Source of the DNA: Candidatus Eiseniibacteriota bacterium
Lineage (GTDB): Bacteria > ARS69
Length of the DNA: 12,940 nt
Reading direction: 5' to 3'
Assembly (NCBI GenBank): GCA_052390515.1
Contig: JBQTGV010000141.1
Coordinates: 1 to 12,940, forward strand
Below are positions 1 through 12,940 of this stretch, one piece after another (position 1 is the stretch's first letter; every line of letters starts with the position of its first letter). The translations under genes and the position numbers were made by a program. The notes under the pieces are model-generated. The model was not told the DNA's origin and ran no database searches. It was given only the letters and a program-made list of their open reading frames with translations.

Positions 1-98
1 GTGTAGTAGAGGATCCGCTCGGTCGTGGTGGTCTTCCCGGCATCGATGTGTGCCATGATGCCGATGTTCCGGACCTTGGTCAGTTCGTGCCGCGCCAT
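1..98 (-). CDS. fusA: Elongation factor G, 5' end (partial, runs off the window)
   Basis: Manual translation from ATG at 98 gives [32 protein letters not shown], the EF-G G1/P-loop motif. SD-like AGAAGGA just upstream. Follows rpsL-rpsG. Confidence 0.97.
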   Translation of the reverse strand, partial: MARHELTKVRNIGIMAHIDAGKTTTTERILYY

Positions 99-319
99 GT
101 TCCTTCTCGTTCCTCGACGCGCCGCATGCGGCGCGCGAACCGACGCCGGCGCGCGAAGGCGCACCGGCCTCGTGGATTGCAGGGACCGTTCTCCTCGGGA
201 GAGCGGATCCCCGGCGAAACTTCAGGCGACGCCCCTCTGGTCAGGCCGCCGCGCCCTCTCTCGCCGGAGATCCGTCGTGCGGCGAAGCCGAGCTCATCGT
301 CGGCTTCGTCCGCGGCGGG

Positions 320-790
320 CTACCAGCGGTAATGCGAGAAGGCTTTGTTGGCCTCCGCCATCCGGTGCGTCTCGTCCTTCTTGCGAATCGACGCCCCCTC
401 GTTCTTCGATGCAGCGACCAGCTCCGCGCTGAGCTTCTCGGGGAACGACTTCTCGCTGCGAGCCTTGGAGAAGCCGATGATCCACCGGAAAGCGAGGGCC
501 TGCCGCCGCTCGGGACGAACTTCCACCGGTACCTGGTAGGTGGCACCACCGACCCGGCGGGACTTCACTTCGAGGACCGGCTTGACGTTCGAGACGGCCT
601 GCTTGAACACGGTCAGGCCCGACTGTCCCGTCCGTTCCTCGACGAGGTCCAACGCCCGGTAGAAAATCCCTTCGGCCACGCTCTTCTTGCCGTCTCCCAT
701 GAGACTGTTGATGAACTTCGCAGCCATGGTGGACCCGAACTTCGGATCCGACACGGGTTCTCTCTTCGGCACTTCACGACGTCTCGGCAT
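320..790 (-). CDS. rpsG: 30S ribosomal protein S7
   Basis: 156 aa, [10 protein letters not shown]...[14 protein letters not shown]...[15 protein letters not shown]. Canonical C-terminus, TAG stop. Confidence 0.99.
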   Translation of the reverse strand: MPRRREVPKREPVSDPKFGSTMAAKFINSLMGDGKKSVAEGIFYRALDLVEERTGQSGLTVFKQAVSNVKPVLEVKSRRVGGATYQVPVEVRPERRQALAFRWIIGFSKARSEKSFPEKLSAELVAASKNEGASIRKKDETHRMAEANKAFSHYRW

Positions 791-862
791 CTCTTCTCCG
801 AGAGGCGCCGAGGGGCCAGGCCCCCGGGCGCGGTTCGGTGCCGGCGACCCACTGCCGCCGGC

Positions 863-1237
863 CTACTTCTTCGGGCGCTTCGCTCCGTACTTGGACCGAC
901 CCTGGCGCCTCGCATCCACGCCGCTCGAGTCCAGCGCTCCGCGGATGATGTGATAGCGCACGCCCGGAAGGTCCTTCACGCGTCCGCCGCGGATCAGCAC
1001 GATGGAGTGTTCCTGCAGGTTGTGCCCCTCTCCCGGAACGTAGGCGGTGACCTCGATGCCGTTCGTCAGCCGGACGCGCGCCACCTTGCGGAGCGCGGAG
1101 TTCGGCTTCTTCGGGGTCGTGGTGTACACGCGAGTGCACACTCCACGCTTCTGCGGGCTGCTGCGCAGCGCGGGCGAAGACGTCTTCGTCCGGAGCGGAT
1201 GGCGGCCCTTCCGGACCAGCTGGTTGATCGTCGGCAA
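863..1237 (-). CDS. rpsL: 30S ribosomal protein S12
   Basis: Probable TTG start at 1237 gives (M)PTINQLVRK, preceded by GAGGGTGA. Motifs [13 protein letters not shown] and [11 protein letters not shown]; 124 aa, TAG stop. The ORF-track start at 1312 is over-extended. Confidence 0.98.
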   Translation of the reverse strand: MPTINQLVRKGRHPLRTKTSSPALRSSPQKRGVCTRVYTTTPKKPNSALRKVARVRLTNGIEVTAYVPGEGHNLQEHSIVLIRGGRVKDLPGVRYHIIRGALDSSGVDARRQGRSKYGAKRPKK

Positions 1238-1283
1238 ATTCACCCTCGTGTCGCCGGCCGCGAACTTCTCAAACCGGCCGAGA

Positions 1284-1312
1284 ATGCTACTCGCCCGGCG
1301 TTTCCGGGTCAA
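1284..1312 (-). promoter_or_regulatory. Sigma70-type promoter for rpsL-rpsG-fusA
   Basis: Minus strand TTGACC (1312-1307), 17-nt spacer, TAGCAT (1289-1284), then GC-rich sequence. Lies about 45 nt upstream of the rpsL start. Confidence 0.75.
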
Positions 1313-1396
1313 GCCCTTCGATAGGCGGACGCTGCCGAAAGGCCCTCTCCGGGCAGACCGCCGGCCCTTGCCTTCGGGAGCCCTAGCGGAGCGCTA

Positions 1397-1467
1397 GGAG
1401 GCTGCTGACGAACCCCTTCCGCTCGCGCCCGGAGGCGAGAGGGGAAGAAGGGCGCTCAGCGGCCCCC
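1397..1467. repeat. Long imperfect inverted repeat with an IS-terminus-like end
   Basis: GGAGGCTGCTGA (1397-1408) is near-complementary to TCAGCGGCCCCC (1456-1467). Inner arms CCCTTC/GAAGGG and CTCGC/GCGAG. CTAG at 1394-1397. Confidence 0.4.
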
Positions 1468-1483
1468 ATCTTCCAATGTCCTG

Positions 1484-1509
1484 GGAACGTGCTGTCCTTC
1501 AGCACGCTC

Positions 1510-1510
<1 letters not shown>
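1484..1510 (-). terminator. Stem-loop directly after the rpoC stop (terminator or stability hairpin, no U-tract)
   Basis: Minus strand GGAGCGTGCTG-AAGGA-CAGCACGTTCC: 11-bp stem with one G-U pair. No poly-U follows, so intrinsic termination is uncertain. Confidence 0.5.
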
Positions 1511-5625
<4,115 letters not shown>

Positions 5626-5650
5626 TTCGGCGCCTCCTCGCGCGACTACG

Positions 5651-9481
<3,831 letters not shown>

Positions 9482-9617
9482 GTGGCCCTACTCCTTCGAG
9501 GGGTGCTCACCGCTTCGAGCGGAAACCCGGGGAGGCCGGCCAGTCCGGCCGTCCCCGAGACACAAGACTCGCGGGGTCTCGAACAACGCCCCGCGCGACG
9601 GACCACAGGGGAGCTCG

Positions 9618-9998
9618 TTACTTGAGCTCGACGGTGCCGCCGGCCTCCTCGATCTGCTTCTTCATGCTCTCGGCTTCCGCCTTCGCCACGCCTTCCTTCA
9701 CCGGCTTCGGCGCCCCGTCGACCAGGTCCTTGGCCTCCTTGAGGCCCAGACCGGTGAGCGCCCGGACGACCTTGATCACCTGAATCTTCTTGTCGCCGCC
9801 CGAGGACAGCACGACCGTGAACTCGGTCTTCTCCGCCGCCGCAGCAGCCGGGCCCGCGGCGGGCGCCGACATCATCGCGACCGGAGCCGCCGCCTTCACG
9901 CCGAAGCGCTCTTCCATCTCCTTCACGAGATCGGCCACTTCCAGGACGGTCATGTTGCCGATCAGGTCCACGACCTTGGTGACGCTCTCGTTCCCCAT
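9618..9998 (-). CDS. rplL: 50S ribosomal protein L7/L12
   Basis: 126 aa, Ala-rich hinge, [36 protein letters not shown] stop. Confidence 0.99.
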   Translation of the reverse strand: MGNESVTKVVDLIGNMTVLEVADLVKEMEERFGVKAAAPVAMMSAPAAGPAAAAAEKTEFTVVLSSGGDKKIQVIKVVRALTGLGLKEAKDLVDGAPKPVKEGVAKAEAESMKKQIEEAGGTVELK

Positions 9999-10092
9999 CT
10001 CTCAGCTCCTCCGGTGGATTCCGTCGTTTCGTTCCGATTCCGTCATCTTCAACGAGGCAGGCGAAGCCTCCCGGCGCCGAAGCGCCCCCGGC

Positions 10093-10638
10093 CTACGCCG
10101 CCGCCCCTCCGGTGCCCTCGCCCTTCTCCTTCTGCTCGCGCACTGCGTCCACGGTACGCACGATCTGCGACAGGATCGCGGTGAGCACGCCCACGAACTC
10201 CTGAGTCGGCGCCTGCGCCAGCTGCATGACCTGCGAGATGAGCTGGTCGCGCGTGGGCAGCGACGCCAGCTTCTTGATCTCGTCCGACCCCAGCAGCCTG
10301 CCGTCCACGACGGCGAGTTTCAGCGCCGGCCCCTCGTTCGCTTTCTGGAAGGCGACGAGCACGCGGGCCGGTGAGATCGGATCATCCGCCGAGACCGCCA
10401 CCGCCGTGGGTCCGCGCAGGTGATCCTCGACTCCCTCCAGCTCCAGGGCCCGCGCCGCTTTGAGCGCCAGCTTGTTCTTCACGACCTGCAAGGTCACGCC
10501 CGCGGCGCGACACTTGCGGCGCAGTTCGGTCATCTGCTCCACGTTCAGACCGGTGAAGTCCGCGAGGAGGATGGCGGCCGCGCCGTCGAACTTCCCTTGC
10601 AGCTGTTCGATGACAGCCGTCTTCTCAGCCGTCGGCAT
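10093..10638 (-). CDS. rplJ: 50S ribosomal protein L10
   Basis: ATG at 10638 after GGAGGAGG. MPTAEK...DFTGLNVEQMTELRR...VVKNKL...GPTAVA...LASLPTRDQL; 181 aa. It is the C-terminal part of the 445-aa track ORF. Confidence 0.97.
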   Translation of the reverse strand: MPTAEKTAVIEQLQGKFDGAAAILLADFTGLNVEQMTELRRKCRAAGVTLQVVKNKLALKAARALELEGVEDHLRGPTAVAVSADDPISPARVLVAFQKANEGPALKLAVVDGRLLGSDEIKKLASLPTRDQLISQVMQLAQAPTQEFVGVLTAILSQIVRTVDAVREQKEKGEGTGGAAA

Positions 10639-10649
10639 GGTCCCTCCTC

Positions 10650-11351
10650 CTAGAGGCTCTGCAGCTCGGTCTGCACGTCGACGCGGACCCCGGGTCCCAT
10701 CGTGGAGCTGACCGTGAAGCTCCTGAAGTACACCCCCTTGGCCGCCGCGGGCTTCGCCCGGTTCAGCTCGGTCAGGAGGGCGCGGACGTTCTCGGTGAGA
10801 TTGGTCTCGCTGAACGAGGCCTTGCCCACCGGGACGTGGATGTTGCCGTTCTTGTCGACGCGATACTCGATCTTGCCGGCCTTGACCTCGCGAACCGCGC
10901 GGGTCACGTCCTGCGTGACCGTGCCGCTCTTCGGGTTGGGCATGAGACCGCGCGGTCCGAGGATCTTCCCCAGCCGCCCGACCTTGCCCATCATGTCCGG
11001 CGTCGTGATGATCACGTCCACGTCGGTCCATCCGCCCTGGATCTTCTCGATCATGTCGTCCGCCCCGACGTGGTCCGCCCCTGCCTGCTCTGCTTCCTTG
11101 GCCCGGTCGCCCTGGGCGATGACCGCCACGCGAACGGTCTTCCCCGTGCCGTGGGGAAGCACCACCGTCCCGCGCACCTGCTGGTCCGCGTGCCGGGGGT
11201 CCACGCCGAGGTTCGCGGCGACCTCGACGGTCTCGTCGAACTTCGCCGTGGCGCTCTGCTTCACGATGCCCACCGCGTCCGCCACGCTGCGCTGCGTGGT
11301 CGTCGGACCGCGCCGCTCGGTGAGCCCGTGATAGCGCTTGCTGTGTCCCAT
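10650..11351 (-). CDS. rplA: 50S ribosomal protein L1
   Basis: ATG at 11351 (MGHSKRY...). Motifs [43 protein letters not shown]; 233 aa, TAG stop. Confidence 0.98.
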   Translation of the reverse strand: MGHSKRYHGLTERRGPTTTQRSVADAVGIVKQSATAKFDETVEVAANLGVDPRHADQQVRGTVVLPHGTGKTVRVAVIAQGDRAKEAEQAGADHVGADDMIEKIQGGWTDVDVIITTPDMMGKVGRLGKILGPRGLMPNPKSGTVTQDVTRAVREVKAGKIEYRVDKNGNIHVPVGKASFSETNLTENVRALLTELNRAKPAAAKGVYFRSFTVSSTMGPGVRVDVQTELQSL

Positions 11352-11445
11352 CCTGCGCTCCCTCGCCTGCGAAGAGCCGGCAGGCTCTTCTCCCACGTTC
11401 GGGCCGTGGTCGCCCTTCGGGCGGGACCATGCGGTCCCGTTCCCG
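11352..11445 (-). promoter_or_regulatory. Structured rplK-rplA spacer, possible L1-responsive translational element
   Basis: GTGGGAG running into hairpin GAAGAGCC-TGCC-GGCTCTTC just upstream of the rplA SD, plus several overlapping hairpins. Only a partial match to known L1-binding elements. Confidence 0.4.
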
Positions 11446-11877
11446 CTAGCCCTCGACGTCGACTCCCATGCTGCGCGCCGTGCCCGCCACCTGGCGCATC
11501 GCCGCCTCGATGTCGTTCGCGTTCAGGTCGGGCATCTTGAGCTGCGCGATCTCGCGGACCTGCGCGCGCGTGATCCGCCCCACCTTGGTGCGATTCGGCT
11601 CGCCCGATCCCTTGTCCAGGCCGAGCGCCTTCTTGATCAGCACCGAGGCCGGCGGGGTCTAGGTGATGAACGTGAAAGAGCGATCCTGAAACACGGTGAT
11701 CACCACCGGGATGATCAGCCCCATGTCCTGCTTGGTGCGCTCGTTGAACTGCTTGCAGAACTCCATGATGTTCACGCCGTGCTGGCCTAGCGAGGGCCCC
11801 ACCGGCGGAGCCGGGTTCGCCTGCCCGGCCGGAACCTGCAGCTTGATCTGGGCGACTTCGCGTTTCGGGGGAGCCAT
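11446..11877 (-). CDS. rplK: 50S ribosomal protein L11, interrupted by one in-frame TAG at codon 73 (error, pseudogene or readthrough unresolved)
   Basis: Track ORFs 11659-11877 and 11446-11643 share one frame: [28 protein letters not shown]...[21 protein letters not shown]...KMPDLNA...[12 protein letters not shown]. 143 aa if read through. Confidence 0.95.
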
Positions 11878-11918
11878 CGTCCTTCTCTACCTCGCGAATG
11901 GGTTCCGTCGGTCTCCGC

Positions 11919-12446
11919 TCAGACCGACTGGACCTGCAGGAAATCCAGCTCCACGGGCGTCGCCCGGCCGAAGATCGAGACCATCACCTTCAGCTTGCCG
12001 CGCTCGGGATTCACTTCGTCCACCACGCCGGTGAAGTCGCTGAACGGTCCGTCGATGACCTTGACGTGCTCACCCTCGTGGAACGGCACTTCGGGAATCG
12101 CCTTGTCCTTGGTCCCCTCGATCTGCCCCAGGATGCGGTTGACCTCGGCCTCCCTCAGGGCGTCCGGCTTCGACGCGGTCGCCCCGACGAAGCGGCTCAC
12201 TCCGGGGCAGTTGCGCACGACGTGCCAAGTGTCCTCGTCCAGCTCCATCTCGATGATGATGTAGCTCGGGAAGTACTTCCGCGTGGACTGGGTCTTCTTC
12301 CCGTTCTTCATCTCCGTCACGAGCTGAGTCGGCACGAGCACGCGGCCGAACCGCTCGGTCAGACCGGACGTGTTGATGGCCTTCTCCAGGTTCGACTTCA
12401 CCTTGTTCTCGTGACCCGAGTACGTGTGGATCGCGTACCACTTCAT
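11919..12446 (-). CDS. nusG: Transcription termination/antitermination factor NusG
   Basis: 175 aa. NGN domain (KWYAIHTYSGHENKVK, YFPSYIIIEM) and KOW domain (VKVIDGPFSDFTGVV...IFGRATPVEL). TGA stop. Confidence 0.99.
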   Translation of the reverse strand: MKWYAIHTYSGHENKVKSNLEKAINTSGLTERFGRVLVPTQLVTEMKNGKKTQSTRKYFPSYIIIEMELDEDTWHVVRNCPGVSRFVGATASKPDALREAEVNRILGQIEGTKDKAIPEVPFHEGEHVKVIDGPFSDFTGVVDEVNPERGKLKVMVSIFGRATPVELDFLQVQSV

Positions 12447-12471
12447 GGTCTCTTCCCCTCGCCCCGTTTCC

Positions 12472-12660
12472 TCAACTGAGGACCTTCTCCAGACCGAAGG
12501 ACAGGATGCGGTCGACGACTCCGATGACCACGGAGATGAGAATCACCGCGACGATCACCACCACGGTCGAGCCGCGCAGCTCTTCGCGGCTGGGCCAGCT
12601 CACCTTCTTCAGCTCGATCCAGACATCCGCTACGAACTTCTTGGCCTTTGCGAACATCAC
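12472..12660 (-). CDS. secE: Preprotein translocase subunit SecE (single transmembrane type)
   Basis: ELKKVSWPSREEL motif followed by one hydrophobic helix. Lies between tRNA-Trp and nusG. Start is GTG at 12660 or ATG at 12657. Confidence 0.96.
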   Translation of the reverse strand: MMFAKAKKFVADVWIELKKVSWPSREELRGSTVVVIVAVILISVVIGVVDRILSFGLEKVLS

Positions 12661-12706
12661 TCCCGCTTTCGGGCCTCACCCGGTTTCCGACCGCCGCTCC
12701 GCGAGT

Positions 12707-12782
12707 TGGCAGGCGTGGCAGGGCTCGAACCCGCAACCCCCGGTTTTGGAGACCGGTGCTCTACCAGTTGAGCTACACGCCT
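12707..12782 (-). tRNA. tRNA-Trp (anticodon CCA)
   Basis: 76 nt: AGGCGTG TA GCTC AACTGGTA GAGC A CCGGT CT CCA AA ACCGG GGGTT GCGGG TTCGAGC CCTGC CACGCCT G CCA. Complete cloverleaf with encoded 3' CCA. Confidence 0.98.
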
Positions 12783-12806
12783 CCTCGGACCACCCGCCGC
12801 CCCTTC

Positions 12807-12940
12807 TCACTCTAGAATTTCGGTGACGACGCCCGCACCGACGGTGCGGCCGCCTTCGCGGATGGCGAAGCGAAGTTCCTTCTCCATCGCGATCGGCTGT
12901 ACCAGCGTCACTTCCATGGTCACGTTGTCACCCGGCATCA
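12807..12940 (-). CDS. tuf: Elongation factor Tu, 3' end (partial)
   Basis: Manual translation gives [43 protein letters not shown], the canonical EF-Tu C-terminus. TGA at 12807-12809. Confidence 0.98.
   Translation of the reverse strand, partial: MPGDNVTMEVTLVQPIAMEKELRFAIREGGRTVGAGVVTEILE

Noticed and set aside
99-114. AGGAACGAGAAGGAAC before fusA resembling the sarcin-ricin loop
   Set aside because: The C-GAGA-G closing pair and AGUA motif are missing. A purine-rich ribosome-binding site explains it.
99-319. Known ncRNA (SRP, glycine riboswitch, tRNA) in the rpsG-fusA spacer
   Set aside because: Only isolated fragments such as TCAGG and GGAGAG were seen. The full diagnostic motifs were not found by eye on either strand.
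1238-1509. Small gene (L7Ae/YbxF-like) between rpoC and rpsL
   Set aside because: No minus-strand ORF with such homology. The space is taken up by hairpins and the rpsL promoter.
10093-11430. 445-aa ORF suggesting an extended L10 or an L1-L10 fusion
   Set aside because: The upstream part is an Arg/Gly-rich alternate frame of rplA. L10 homology starts at ATG 10638, which has a strong SD, and rplA ends normally.
12707-12782. tRNA as a possible nonsense suppressor
   Set aside because: The anticodon is CCA and the D stem is a normal GCTC/GAGC. Nothing suggests UAG or UGA decoding.

Overview
GC-rich bacterial DNA carrying the core transcription/translation cluster, all on the minus strand, in transcription order: tuf (3' end), tRNA-Trp(CCA), secE, nusG, rplK, rplA, rplJ, rplL, rpoB, rpoC, rpsL, rpsG, fusA (5' end). 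A 7-aa insert in RpoC points to an FCB-group lineage (inference). No accessory genes, CRISPR arrays or intact mobile elements are present. The main anomaly is a single in-frame TAG in rplK (11659-11661). It replaces the conserved Lys codon at the hinge between the two L11 domains while both halves remain intact. A base-call error is the simplest explanation. If real, it could be a nonsense allele or a readthrough site, possibly autoregulatory, since L11 supports RF1/UAG termination. Also notable: 7 of 11 visible stop codons are TAG, there is no L10 leader, the rplK-rplA and 221-nt rpsG-fusA spacers contain competing hairpins, and an IS-end-like inverted repeat lies upstream of a clear rpsL promoter.
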